DNA from: Camelus ferus
Lineage: Eukaryota
Direction of reading: 5' to 3'
Length of the DNA stretch: 64,000 bases
Assembly (NCBI RefSeq): GCF_009834535.1
Contig: NC_045697.1
Location: 39,310,001-39,374,000, forward strand
Positions 28,790-42,044 of this stretch are shown piece after piece. Made by a program: the position numbers and the translations under genes. Every line of letters starts with the position of its first letter. Position 1 is the first letter of the stretch. Below the pieces are notes generated by a model. The model saw only the letters and a list, made by a program, of their open reading frames with translations, was not told where the DNA came from and did no database searches.

Positions 28790-31199
28790 CTACCAAGAAT
28801 CACTAGCATAATAATGCCTTGAATATAAGGACCCGCCTTCCAAGTGTTTGAGTCCCTTAACTAGGTGGGGATTTTTTCTTCTTACATTTCTTCAATCTGT
28901 TAAATACTTTAGCTTTTCCACCTTCAATCATCTATGTATTTTCTCTCTTGCAAGAAACTTTTAATTAAGCAATGATAACTTTAGTCAAGACTTTGTATAA
29001 AACGTATTGAATTCTGAACAGACATATTCTGAGGAGACAGCTAATCAAATTTGGGAGCAGGGAAGCAGAAAGGAAATCCATGTGGCTGGACCCTCAGTTC
29101 TGGACCCTGCATGGGAAATGTAGCGAGATTTCCACCGAGGTCCTCTCTAGATTTTGAGACCTCAGTGAAGTCCCTTTCCCTTTCCATAGACTGGAGAAGG
29201 TTCCCCTGCAGAAGAGAGGAAGCTGCCCTACCCTGTGCTTGGGACCCCAAGTTAGCTCAGATCTGACAGGGAAACCCAGGGAGGGAAAGCGTGGATGGCC
29301 TGAGAAAAACCAAGCTGTGAGTGCCCTCTGCTGGAAAGGCTGAGATGACCAGCCTCCCTGAGACTCGGTAGGACCCAGACGCCAGCTGCCCTCCACTCTC
29401 CCTCTTGACACCTAAGCTCACAAAAGTCTAGGCCAGTTGCTATCGCCTCTCCTCTTCCTGCTCCAACTTGCTGCCAGGCTGTTCTTTCTTCTCCTGAGGT
29501 CCGTACTGTGGCTTCTTAAGGAGTGCTAAATAAATAAGCCTCGTATTTTTGCTTTCCCCAATTATTAACCAAGGTGACATTCTGCCACAAGCCTGAGACA
29601 TCTTTCTCTCCCCGGTTCCACCCAACACACCAAGGTACTTTATCTCTAGAGTGAAATGGGTGAAATGGGCTACCAGCATATCTGACAGCCCTACACGTCA
29701 TTCAGTGCTCTGTATGTTTGTTAATTTCCCTTCCTGTAACACATGCCTATGGGCTATGGATATCAAAAGTTACCGGAAGGAACAGAGGGTAAGAATAGAC
29801 AAACACTCAGATAGAAAAGAGAGCTGAGTTCTAATACTAACTTTGTCACTCCGGGCCCCATTTACCCCTATCTGAATGGGAAAAAAGATGAGCCATTCCC
29901 AATTTACGGTCCCTAGATCCCTAGAGATTCTAGAATGTCATGAAAAGGATCTATGAACTGCAAGGACCCTATGCAGGAAGGAAAATGCAAATGCTAGCTA
30001 AAACATCACATTTCTAAAGACTTTTATTGTCATTATATAATTATTAGTAAAAAATATATAATTATAACAATTATTATTTTTTTCCTAAATTAATACACTT
30101 GGTTATTTTTGTTTTAATTTGTAAATTATTGTTTACATAATCCAAAAATCTTGAGACCTCATCTCTCTGTGGATTTAAATGACTTTACATGCCCATTTAA
30201 GCCAAAATTGTCTGATTCATCACCATGATCTAACTATCAGCTATTTCCTTAATCATTTCTCCCATAGTTACTTCTGAAAATACCTGGGGAGTTACACAAA
30301 TGCAACAAACCAGTGAAATCCTATTTTTGCCCTCTTATCAACTAGATGATGTCTGTTGTCTGCAAATTCATCTAAGATTGTAAATACCACCACGTTGGTT
30401 GCAGACTCTGTCAAGGGATGTCTGCCAAGCTCATGAAGTTGTCTCCTTGACTTTCCAGTGCTGTAGGACCTTGGGTTGCTGACAAGCTCATGTCCCCTGT
30501 AGTTTTTACTGCACTTAGACTAAGCAAGGCTCAGCACACAAGGAGGGAGAAGAGCTTCTTTGTATAAAGCCCAGGCAGAGCCATGTACCCTAGCCCAACA
30601 GAGAGGTAGGGAAGAGTCCACCTGCTCTCAACCACAGTCTTACAGTCTCTGAAACCCCACCCTGTCCCCTCTTCATTCTCTGGAGAGGAGAAGAGGGGGA
30701 AATCCTTCTCCTCTCCAGACTCTGTTCTCCCACACATTCGTTAATTCGCTGGCACATCAGACCTCTTGGTGAACAACAGATTAACTCTGGAGTCAGTGGA
30801 GGGAAAAAAGTAATGAAAGAAAATCTAAGTGGTGATAAAATTTGAGAGCTCAGCTGAGTGCTGCTGAGGGCCCCTTTCAGGACTTTCTTGATGGTCCGGC
30901 CCTGCTGGCGTCAACTTGTCCCGCTAGGAATGTGGGGGCTCTTCTTACCTGCCTTTCCTGGGTGCTTTCTCCCTGACACCATTCCCACCGCTACCGCCCA
31001 CCCCCACATCCCATACTTGTCCTCCATTCTTTCCTCTCTTATCCTAGCAAGCATTATGTACCTTATCTATGAAGTACAGTCTTTGTGACTACACTGCTTT
31101 TATTTTTCCCCTTCTTGGATGTCACCAAAGAGCAATTTGAGAGCTTGATATTGATAAGCCTCTTTATATATTATAAAAAGACAATACCCACAAATTATT

Positions 31200-31390
31200 G
31201 AGATGCTAGGTGCTTTGGAGAGATCATCTTACTTTGTAATATCATACTATGTATGTGATAAATGCATTCCTACCCCCCATTTAGAGACTAAGTAATACAG
31301 AGTATTTTGTTCATAGCCAATAAAGTGGCAAAGCAAGGGTTCAACACCAAATCTGTCTGTCTTCAAACCCACACTCTTACATCTCCGCTC
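31200..31390 (-). mobile_element. MIR fragment
   Basis: AAGTGGCAAAGCAAGGGTTCAACACCAAATCTGTCTGTCTTCAAA. Confidence 0.55.
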
Positions 31391-32140
31391 AGAAAAAGCT
31401 AAAAACAAGGAAACAAAAAAAAGGCCTCTGCAACTGAGATACATTTCACATAATCCATGCACTAAAGTTTATTAACTCATCTCCAAAAGAATCCCTCAGG
31501 CCCTTAATCAGGACGTAAATATTCACTCTAATTCTAATGACAGTTCAGGATTATCAGTTTTCTAAATCTTTGCCAGAGAAAATAGCCTGTTGAAAGCAGT
31601 AAAAGAAATAAAAGATGTAATTATCAGATTCAGAGAAAAGAAGAGACAGGAAAGTTATACAAATTAGTCTCACAAACTGAAAAATTCCCAGGATAGGATT
31701 ACTTAGAGGCAAATAGCTCTACATTCTAATATCAGATTAGTGTGAAAACTGATGTTCATAAATTCTGAGGGCATCTTTTTGTTACCCTTATACACCATTT
31801 ACAAAACTGCATTAAATTTTCCAAAAGACTAGACTCATCAGCAGCATGTTCTCATTTATATGCTTTTTTTAAATCTTAAAGATTTGATCTGTTGGAAAAC
31901 AATTGATTTTACCCAACAAGAAAATTAAATTTTTCAGAATATTCAAGATTCTATTGATGCAGACCACATACAATATAAATCCATTTTTGTAAAGCTCAAG
32001 AAGAAGCAAAATGATGTTTTGTTTAGGAATACATGATAAAATATTTTTTTAATGCACTACATTATAAAAACAATTTTTTTAGTGCAAGGGAATAATGGCC
32101 CCAAAATTGGAGAAAATACTTTCCTCCAGGAGACAGGGAG

Positions 32141-33015
32141 CTAGAAGAAGCAAGTAACCCAATTAGAAAAGGACAAAAGATGTGAATAGACATTTATCCA
32201 AAGAACGAATGCCAATAAATAGTACCGATAAGCCAGCAGGAACATGAAAAGATACTCAACATCATTACTCACTAGGGAAGTGTATATCAAAACCACAATG
32301 AGATACCATTTCTTACTGACTAAAATGGGTATAGAAAATAGGCAAATAATAACAAGTGTTGCCAAAGATGTGCAGAGACCAGAACTCTCACCGCTGGTGA
32401 GAATGTAAAATGATGCAGCCACATTGGAAAACAGCTTGGCAGTTGCTTTAAAAAGTTAAACAGACTTACCATGTGACCTAGAAATTCCACTCTTAGGTAT
32501 TTGCCCAAGAGAAATAAAAATATATGCCCACACAGAAGTGTGAATGCAAATGATCATAGCAGCATTGTACACTATAGCCCGAAAGGTGAAAATAGCTCAA
32601 TGTCCATCAACTGGTGAAAAGGTAAATAAAATGTATGTCCATGGAATGGATAACTATTCAGCAATGAAAAGGAATGCAGTACTGATACAGGCTACAACAT
32701 GGATGAGCCTCAAAAACGTGCTCAGTGAAAGAAGCCAGACACAGAACACCTATTGTATGATCCATTTATATGAAATGACCTAAAAGACAAATATATAGAG
32801 AGAAAAAGAAAATGAGTAGTTGCCTAGGGCTGGAGGTGGGAATAGAGAGTGACTAAAGGGGCGTAAATTTCTTTTTAGAGCGATGGAGATGTTTTAAAAT
32901 TAAATTCCGGTAGATGATTGTGTAACTTTGTTAATAGACTAAAATTCACTGTCTTGTACACTTAAAGTGGATAAATTCTGTAATCTGTAAAATATATCTC
33001 AATAAAACTTTTTTA
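32141..33015 (+). mobile_element. L1MB-type 3' end
   Basis: Degenerate end of ORF2 (ATCAAAACCACAATGAGATACC; ATTWMSLKNVLSERSQTQ) and 3'UTR ending TATATCTCAATAAAA. Confidence 0.88.
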
Positions 33016-34339
33016 AAGCATAGCAGATTTCAACTTTTTCCTCTAACATTTTAATAGACTACCCACATTATTCAAAGTCCCCATGAAATTGTTCTTAAAT
33101 GAAGCAACACATGACTGTGCTGTTAATCTCCTTCTAGTTTGCATAACTGACAGGTAGAAAGGAGAGGCTTAATTGCCCACAAATTACTCTCATTATTATT
33201 CCTTCTAATTTAAACAACCAAAGTGTGGTTATGAGTAATGTGACTAAAAATGTGCCACTTTGCCGTCCTATCAACAACAGGAAATACTGACGACTGGTGA
33301 CCTTTGAGTCACGTCCATGATAATGTGGGCACAGCCAGCTTGCAGCCCTGCCTCTGCACTGGATCAGCCAGAATATGTCACATGTTTTATCTTAAAGTCA
33401 AAGAAAGGAAGTTGATATTAGCTCTTTTATTTAAAAAAAAAAAAAAGGAAGAAAGAAAAGAAATCCAACAGCTTTTCTTGATACACCTTTAAAATGATGT
33501 ATGAAAATAAAATAATATATGAATGTGACCCATCTACAGGGCAAGATGGAAAAGTAGGTAAACGTGGCTGAAATGCATCGAATCCAGTAAGAAAAGTAAA
33601 GGAAAATTAACTTGGAGACATTGTTGCTATTCCTCTGAGAAAGTTTTCTTTTGGTTCTTCACATAGCACTTGGCAAGGTTCAAGATTTCCTATCATTCAT
33701 ATTTCCCCAGAGACTCAGGTGAATGTTTCTGTGACAGTTGTTTTTAATGGCAACATACTCTTGAAATTTATGCCTAGTGTATTATTGCTCTATGGGATTT
33801 ATGGTGGTTGTTCTTTTAAATATGCCTGTTCTGAGAGCCTTTTAGAAGAAGACCTAGGCTTTATTTATCCTTTTTGGTAGAGAAGGTTCTACCCTGAAAA
33901 ATGAAAAAACTTACTTGGGGAAACAGCATAGACTGGCATATTTTTCTCAGATCTGTGGTATGTTGCAATGAGGCCAGAACTGTCAGACCAAGACAGCAAA
34001 GCCGTTGAGAGTGCATTAACACCGAAATGCACACAGCCTAATTTTCTGTTCCTGTTGAGGCAAAAGGGAAATAGGGCAGAGCAACAAGGGAGTCACACAA
34101 ATGATTTCCCTTCTTATTTATCACTTTACGTTCAACCAGGCGGAGCTGACTGACAGGAAAGTCAACAGCAGTGGTGAATTCTCCACTTGCTAATAGGCTA
34201 ATTTAGATGCAGTGAACATCACTGATCATCTTAACAGAAGTACCCTGGACTTAGAATTAGTTTTCACTGTTCAGGGACCTCCCCTTTTCTGGAATATCGT
34301 CTTCTTCAATTTTCTCCTGATAAAAATTCTATTACTTGA

Positions 34340-34568
34340 GGCTGGAACAGAGAAAGGACATCAGTGGGGAAATTCTGAATAAAACCTGTCATTTAGTGAA
34401 TAGTCTTGTATCAGTGTTAATTTACTAGTTTTGATCATTGTGCCAAGGGTATGTCAGATGTTAACCAGAGGGGAAGCTGGGTGAAGGGTACGGGGAACTC
34501 TGTGATATCTTTGCAACTCTTCTGGAAATCCAAATACATTTTATAATAAAACCACTGAAAAAAAAATT
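34340..34568 (+). mobile_element. L1MC/MD-type 3'UTR fragment
   Basis: GGGGAAGCTGGGTGAAGGGTACGGGGAACTCTGTG...TTGCAACT. Confidence 0.75.
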
Positions 34569-34774
34569 AAGGAGAGTTACTAAACTTAGAACAACAAAAT
34601 TCTACCCTTCACATCAGAGCTGGTTCAGGTATCTTCCCTACGATGTCTGCTTTTACCTGCTCCCAGTGAGAAGTAAAACTTTGTATGTCATTCTCTTATG
34701 GCCTTCTGTTTGCTTATAACATACCACATTCGAACTTTTATCCCTGGTGCACATGTTTCATCTCCCCTATTAAG

Positions 34775-35010
34775 AAAGCAGAGAATGGGTTAGAACCCAA
34801 AAGATACGAGTTTAAATCCTAGCTTTATCAACCTGGGGCAAATGACTTCATTTCCCTAAGCCTCAGTTTCTTCATCTAAAAAAGTGAGAATAGTAAGTTA
34901 ACCATAGATTAGATGGCATTATCTGCATAAAGGACCTTTGGACAAAGCCTGGCACACAGTGGATGCTCAAAATATGTATTTATACTGTTAGCCCCATTAC
35001 CATTATTATT
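34775..35010 (+). mobile_element. MIR SINE flanked by L2 3' remnants
   Basis: CTGGGGCAAATGACTTCATTTCCCTAAGCCTCAGTTTCTTCATCT. Confidence 0.8.
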
Positions 35011-35579
35011 AGACCAAGTTTCTTGGTATCAGGGACTCTGTTGTTCAAGTTCACAGTGACTTGAAATGTGGATGCTCAGAAACAGGTTAGTGAATTGAAG
35101 TGGTTCCAGAATGTTGACAAACATTCTCCTATAACTCAGTATTCTGCTCAAAATTTTCATTTCCCTCTTTACAGTGTTTTCAGTTCTCAAAAGTACACAT
35201 TTATGTTCTACCTATCCCAACCTACTGGAGTTTCTTATGAAGGAGAAACGGTTTTCTTTTTTTCCTGTGAAGTTACTGAGTAAGCCCTAAATGCTTCCCT
35301 TTTCTGTTTCTCTCTGTAGCAAGACTTTACATCTCATAGCCAGCTCAGTAGCCCGTGTCACATTCCTGGGCCTGTCCCCTCAAAATCTGCAGTGCTTGCC
35401 CTGGTTTCTTAATATCCTCATGTCAAATCATAAAGCAAACTGTCTGTATTCCCACCCTGCTCATGCCTGTATGCTTCGGGACTTAACAAAAAATGAATAG
35501 TGCTGGAGCAAATTAGGGTGACATTTCACTTCCTTTTTATGTGAATATTCTGAAAATGTTTATTAGCATAAGTTAAATT

Positions 35580-36700
35580 GTTTTCTCATTCATTCTTTCT
35601 TTCATAAAGGGTGATTGATTGTCTCGTACCTACCAGCCACTAAGCTAAATACTGAAAGTACAAATTTGAAAAAAAAAAAAACAAAAAAACTGCAGTTCTT
35701 ATCCTGAAGGAGTCATTTGCTCCAGAGAGACCAACGTTTAAGCAGCTCATTATAATGCACTGCGGGCTGTGTAATAATAGAGACAGTTACAGAACATTAT
35801 GGAATCATAAAAGCATTGGAATCTGGAGGGAAGAGGAGCACCATGACTCTAAAGCAGTGTCCTCAGCCTTATCTACCATGGAAATCACCTGGGCAGCTTT
35901 AAAAAAAAAAAAAAAGCCGTTTCTGGGAGCCACTCACATAAATTCTGTTGTAATTGGCCTGGGGTGTTGCCTGGGGATAGGGACTCTTTCAAGCTCTCCT
36001 GTTCTAAAGAATGAGGAGACATCAGCCAGTCTGAGGACTGGGAAGTGGGGACAGACACAGAGAGAAGGTATGTTAAGCAGAGAGTCGCATGAGCAAAGGC
36101 ACTGGGGCAAGAAAGAGCTTGGTGTATGACAAGCATTCTGGATTTGTGAGAAGGCTTTCAGTGATGGGAGATGAGACCAGAGGTGAGCAAGGGAGCCACG
36201 TGTGGCTTTCAGAATAACAGATTTGAGGCAAAGAAATGACACGGTCAGATTTACCTCCAGCTCGCTTTCTCTGCCAGCTGAGTAAAGGGGGGTTTTAGGC
36301 AGACAGGACTAGAGGCCGGGAGGCGAATCAGTTCATCAAAATGACACGTGATTAAGGCCAGAATCTTGAAATGGCTTTAGGAAAAGGTTCCTAAACCCCG
36401 TCTGGGAAGTCATATTAGCTGCCTCAGATGCTGTCTGAGTGTGGTGAAAGAGGGAGGAGAAATACGGTGAACAGGTGCATGGAGGTTAACACCTGAGGAG
36501 ACAGAGAAGATGGTAAAGGCGGTAGGTTCAGGAGGAAATACCGTCTGCTCAGCGAGGAAAACAATGCATCTGAGATGCCTGTGGGGCTTTGGGATGGAGA
36601 TACTGTACCGGGCCACCCGGTCCAGGTTTCAGGATGGATGAGAATATGGATTTGGACTCATTCAAGGTTGCTTTTGCTTTGGCTTGTTCCTGAGGCAGCA
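35580..36700 (-). mobile_element. L2 LINE fragment interrupted by MER5
   Basis: CATTCATTCTTTC tail and downstream L2 motifs. Confidence 0.55.
35852..36040. mobile_element. MER5A-like hAT DNA transposon
   Basis: CAGTGTCCTCA...GAAATCACCTGGGCAGCTTTAAAA...GGCCTGGGGTG...TGAGGACTG. Confidence 0.65.
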
Positions 36701-36959
36701 AAGAAGCAATGCAAAGATAGGGATGCAAAAGGCTGACATAGTTCCTCATTGTCTCCCTTTTATCTTAAGGAGATACATTGTAAATGCAGTCTTAGCAATG
36801 TATGTGAACAATTTGTCCACCAGGTCCAAACAATGACAGATCTATGGGCTGACTGACTTATACTCAGCCATGTCAGCACCCAGTAACGTATGGCAACATT
36901 TGAAGCTACAATTCTGCTATTCCACAAACCACATTTCATAGGCCTAATATCTGGGTCCT

Positions 36960-37318
36960 GAGCTTTGAAATTCTTGCCCTGTTAGTACTGGGGAAAATGC
37001 CTCATCTCCCCAAGTCACTTTGGTCACGTACAACTCATAGGTTCTTGATTGGGAGCTCAGCTGGGGCTGTATCACCTGAGCATGTCCTCTTTCTGTGCCT
37101 GGGCTTCCCACAGCAGGACAGCTGGAATCAGGGCAGTGAAGGGCCATTCCCAGGGCTGGCAGAGTCATTTCTGCTACACTCTATCTGCAGTGCAGCCACA
37201 GGGCTTGTCCAAATGCAAGAGGAAGAAGAAACAAGCTCGCATAACTTGATGGGAGGGTGATAAGGTCACATGGTAGAAGATCATTTAGTTTTCTGTGGGA
37301 AATATACAACCCGCCACA
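36960..37318 (-). mobile_element. Old MLT1 LTR fragment
   Basis: GAGTCATTTCTGCTACACTCTAT...GTCCAAATGCAAGAGG. Confidence 0.45.
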
Positions 37319-37374
37319 AGGAGCAAAGCGGCACAACAGTCATGCAACCTGTTCCTTAAGAATGATGAGGTCTC

Positions 37375-37936
37375 ACTCCACTTACTATGATAAACTCTAG
37401 GTCCATCCATGTTGCTGCCAATACCATTATCTCATTCTTTTTTATGGCTTAGTAATATTCACATATGTATATATATACCACATCTTCTTTTTCTAGTCAT
37501 CTGTCAATGGACATTTAGGTTGCTACTATGTCTTGGCTTTTGTAAATAGTGTTAACTCAGACAGAGAAAGACAAATACCATATGTTAGCACTTACATGTG
37601 GAATCTAAAAAAATGATACAAATTAACTTATTTACAAACCAGAAATAGACTCACAGGCATAAAAACAAGCCAGGGTTACCAAAGTGGGAGCAGGGGGTGG
37701 ATAAATTAGGGGCTTGGGATTAGCAGATACAAACTACTATATATAAAATAGATAAATAACAATCATCTGCTGTATAGCACAGGGAACTATATTCAGTATC
37801 TTCTAATAACTTATAATGGAAAAGAATCTGAAAAAGAATATATATATATATGTAAAACTGAATCATTTTGCTGTACACTCAAAACTAACACAACATTGTA
37901 TGTAAATTAACTTTATTTCAATTAAAAAAAAAAAAA
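37375..37936 (+). mobile_element. L1 with 5' inversion, poly(A) and 17-bp TSD
   Basis: AAGAATGATGAGGTCTC at 37358-37374 and 37937-37953. 37375-37551 is antisense ORF2 end; 37552-37936 is sense 3'UTR plus A tail. Confidence 0.92.
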
Positions 37937-38479
37937 AAGAATGATGAGGTCTCGGCTCTTTTGTCCTTTTTGTTGCTCCAAAAGTACTCTTCATAAAAAA
38001 GCTTCACCTGAGGCAAGTGTAATATTTTTCCAGAGATAAGGTTTGACTGACCATTTTTTTTTAATACATGGTGTCAAAGAATCTGGAATGCATGAGACCC
38101 ATGGGACACTTTAGGAACTAAGTTTAGGACACTGTCCCAAAAGTTACAATTTATAGGGTTCATTAAACTCATGTACTCTGTTTATGCAAGTTTGGTGTAG
38201 GTCTAAAATATTCAGCCCATGTAGACTTCCACACTATCTATGAGACAATATTTGAAGCAACACATGAATATCATCACAAGGCACTAGGAATCTGCCATAT
38301 ATGTAGACTGAGAGTGAGTTTGTTCCTTACCCAGCACAAATGCCCAGGAGACCATGAGATATGAAAGTCTGAGCCTTTGCAAAAACCTCAGAGTTGGAAC
38401 TTTTAATTTAGGAGACACCAGATACAAATTTTTAAGACTTTTTTTTTTTTTTTTTTACCTATTTCAAAAGAAATATGAA

Positions 38480-39065
38480 GATGGATGAAATCACCCAGGA
38501 AGGGTAGGTACAACAAGAAAAGTGGTGATTCCTGGTCAGTCCCTGGGAAGCACCAACATGTTCAGGGTCCCCAGAAGAAGACAAGCCTTCAAAGGAGTCA
38601 GAGGAAGGTTGTGGGTATAAGTAGAAACAGTACAGACTATTTCCAGAGAGAGTGCTAACTCACAATGTTAAATGCAGTGAGGTGGTCTAATTAAATCAGA
38701 ATTAAAATCTTTTCACTGGCGTTAACAACTGCAAGTCACAAGTGACCTTAGCAACTGCGCTTTCAATAAATTTCGGTCAGAAGATGACTAGCTGGGGCTT
38801 GAGGAGTGGACAGAAGACAAAGAAGACTAACTCTGAGGGTGTTTGGCTATGAAAGGAGAGAAATGGACACTACCTAAGAGGGACACGGGTTGCAGGGCAA
38901 TTTGCAGATGAGAGACGGAAGCACGTTTCTAAGTTGAGTAAGAAAGAGAGAGAGGTGTTGAGGTTCTTTAAAGAAGAAAGGTCATTCCTGATCAGGGTAT
39001 CAGAGGAGAAAAAAAGGAAGATATAAAAGTCAGGGTTAAGGAATTACCTTAAACCTAAAGAAAGG
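38480..39065 (-). mobile_element. L2 LINE fragment
   Basis: GGATGAAATCACCCAGG, GTCACAAGTGACCTTAGCAA, TTTGGCTATGAAAGG. Confidence 0.65.
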
Positions 39066-40911
39066 GAGGATGGATGTAGACACAATTAAGAGTGACAAAA
39101 TAAACAATAAGTTATAAGTTTGTGTTTTGTTCTTATTAAATGTTTCTCCTTTCCAATGAGGTGGCCAGGCATCCGTGTCCCCTTTCTTGGGGGCATTTGC
39201 TTAGTGGAAGCAGAGAGCAGAAATTTTATGTATATATATTTTTCCCCTTTGAAAATAATTTATTTTGTTCCTGAAATTCTCATAATTTTGAAATTTGAAA
39301 TATTCTTGTTAAGAAAGCAGTGCAATGTGGTGAATAACAGTGGAATATAAATTTGTGGCCTCACAATGAGTTTGCAACTAAGAATAGACAACAATGTATT
39401 TTTCTAATGCTCGTAAGTTAAACTCTTATAATTATTAAAACATAATTCATATAAATGGATGACATAGATTAGTCAGGGTTTGGGCTAAGATGTGATCATA
39501 AAAAGGCCTTAAAGTGGAGAAGCTCAAACTAGCTGGCACACTAACCCTCTTTCTTTTTTTATTGAGATATAACTGGCATATAATATTATATTAGTTTCAG
39601 GTGTACAACATAATGTTCCAGTATTTGTATGTGTGAAATGATCACCATATTAAGTCTAGTTAACATCTACTACTGCACATAGTCACAAATGTTTTTTCTT
39701 ATGATGAGAACTTTTAAGATCTCTTCTCTAAGCAACTTTTAAATATTCAATATAGTATTATTAGCTATAGTCACCATGGTGTACATTACATCCCCAGGTC
39801 TTAGTTATTTTATAACTGGAAGTTTGTACCTTTTGCCCGCTTCACCCATTTCACCCACTCCCTACCCCCTGCCTCTGGCAACACCAACCTGGTCTTTGTA
39901 TTTAGGAGTTCGGGTTTTGTTTTGGGGTTTTTTTCCCCACACAAATGTGAGATAATATGGTATCTGTCTTTCTCTCACTTATTTCAAGAGTAGTGCCCTC
40001 AAGATCCATCCATGTTGTTGCAAATGAAAAGATTTCCTTCTTACTTACGGCTAAATAAATTTCCATTGTGTATGTACATGTGTGTGTGTAAATATATATA
40101 TCACATCTTCTTTATCAATAATAATGATAGTGATGTTGAGCATCTTTTTATGTGCCTGTTGGCCATCTGTATGTCTTCTTTGGATAAATGTCTATTCAGA
40201 TCAACCACCCAGTTTTTAATTGTATTTTTTTTCCATTGAGTTGTATGAGTTCTTTATATATTTTGGATATTAAGTCCTTATCAGATATAAGATTTATAAA
40301 TATTTTCTTCCATTTGGTAGGTTGCCTTTTCTTTTTGTTGATGGTTTCCTTTGCTGGGCAGAAGCATTTTGGTTTGATATAATCCTACTTGTTTATTTTT
40401 GCTTTTGTTGCCTTTGCTTTTGGTGTCAAATTTAGAAAATTATTGTCAAGACCAATGTCAAGGAGCCTATGTTTTCTTCTAGGAGTTTTACAGTTTCAGG
40501 TCTGATAGTAAGTCTTTAATCCATTTCTAGTTAATTTTTGTGTACAGTGTAAGATAGTGGTCCAGTTTCATTTTTTTCCATGTGGCTGTCCAGTTTTCCC
40601 AACACTGTCTGTTAAAAAGACAGTCCTTTCCCCATTGTATATTCTTGGCTCCTTTGTTATAAATTAATTGACCATATACATGTGAGTTTATTTCTGGGCT
40701 CTCTATTCTGTTCCATTGATCTATTTGTCTTATTTTAATGCCAATGCAATACTGTTTTGATTACTGTAGCTTCGTAATAGAGTTTGAAATCAGGAAGTGT
40801 AATGCCTACAGCTTTGTTTTGCTTTCTCAGGATTGCTTTCACTACTTGGGGTCTTTTGTGGTTCTATATCAATTTTAGGATTGTTTTTTCTATTTCTGAG
40901 GAAAATGCCAT

Positions 40912-41348
40912 TGGAATTCAGAGCACCCAAGATGGCTGTTCTCTTGCTCCCTATACATCTCCTGCTCAACCAGCACCTGTTTCGCCTTCACCCTACTCAT
41001 GAGACTGACCTTCCTACACACTTGTCTCAGGCCACAGCTAGTGATTGTTCCTATCAAAGGGGCAGTGAGGGGTGTGCCCCTCTGCTGGTTTCCCTGATAA
41101 CCAATGAGCAAACCTGAAATCAATTCCCCTGTAACTGCTAACCTCCCCCGCCCCTGGAGCGACTGCCACCACATCCTGCCCGATCTCAGCCGCACACAGT
41201 GGAGAGTCACCCCAGGACCTTGCTTCAGACAAGTAAGCTCCCCCATCCATTAAACCACTGATGTCTCTGTCCCTGACTCCAGGATCTTTCTTCAGTCTTG
41301 AAGCTAAGTGAGTATAGGGCTTATAGGCCTCTGGGATGCAGCCCAACA
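40912..41348 (+). mobile_element. ERV solo LTR inserted in the L1
   Basis: Non-L1 block with CCAAT box, ATTAAA at 41249-41254 and end GCAGCCCAACA; L1 homology resumes at 41349. Confidence 0.7.
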
Positions 41349-41771
41349 GTATTGCCCTGAACCCACAGATATCTGAGGGTAGTACAGACATTTTAACAGT
41401 ATTGATTCTTCCAGTCCATGAGCATGAAATGTCTTTCCATTGATTTGTGTTTTCTTCAATTTCTTTCATCAATCTCTTATACTTTTCAGTGTACAAGCCT
41501 TCCACCTCCTTGGTTAAATTTATTACTAGGTGTTTTATTCTTTTAATGCAATTGTAAATGGGATTGTTTTCTTAATTTCTCTTTCTGGCAGTTTGTTATT
41601 AGTGTATAAAATCACAACAGATTTTTGTGTGTTGATTTTGTATTCTGCAACTTAACTGAATATGTTTATTAGTTCTAATATTTTTTTGGTGGAGTTTTCA
41701 AGATTTTTCTTTATATAATATCTGTAAATAGTAATAGTTTTATTTCTTCCTTTCCAATTCAGATGCCTTTT

Positions 41772-42044
41772 TTTTTAAACAGTTTTTATTGATTTATAAT
41801 CATTTTACAATGTTGTGTCAAATTCCAGTATAGAGTATTTTTCTTTCTTTCTTTCTTTTTTTAAAATTTTTTGTTTTCGGTAGGATGAGTTTGAGATATA
41901 GTAATGGGCTAATAGACTTACAGAAAAGGGTAACCACAAGCCAAAAACTTACAAGGGAGTCACAAAAACTAAATAAAATCCATGATAATACAAAGGAAGA
42001 TTACCAAACCACAAAAGGAAGAAGAAAGGAACAAAGAGGAAATA
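41772..42044 (-). mobile_element. Small composite young L1 insertion with 18-bp TSD
   Basis: CCAATTCAGATGCCTTTT at 41754-41771 and 42045-42062. 41772-41835 closely matches 750-813. Confidence 0.85.

Noticed and set aside
41038..41505. 155-aa ORF as a novel fusion protein
   Set aside because: L1 ORF2 remnant reading by chance into the antisense LTR; non-ATG start and no promoter evidence.
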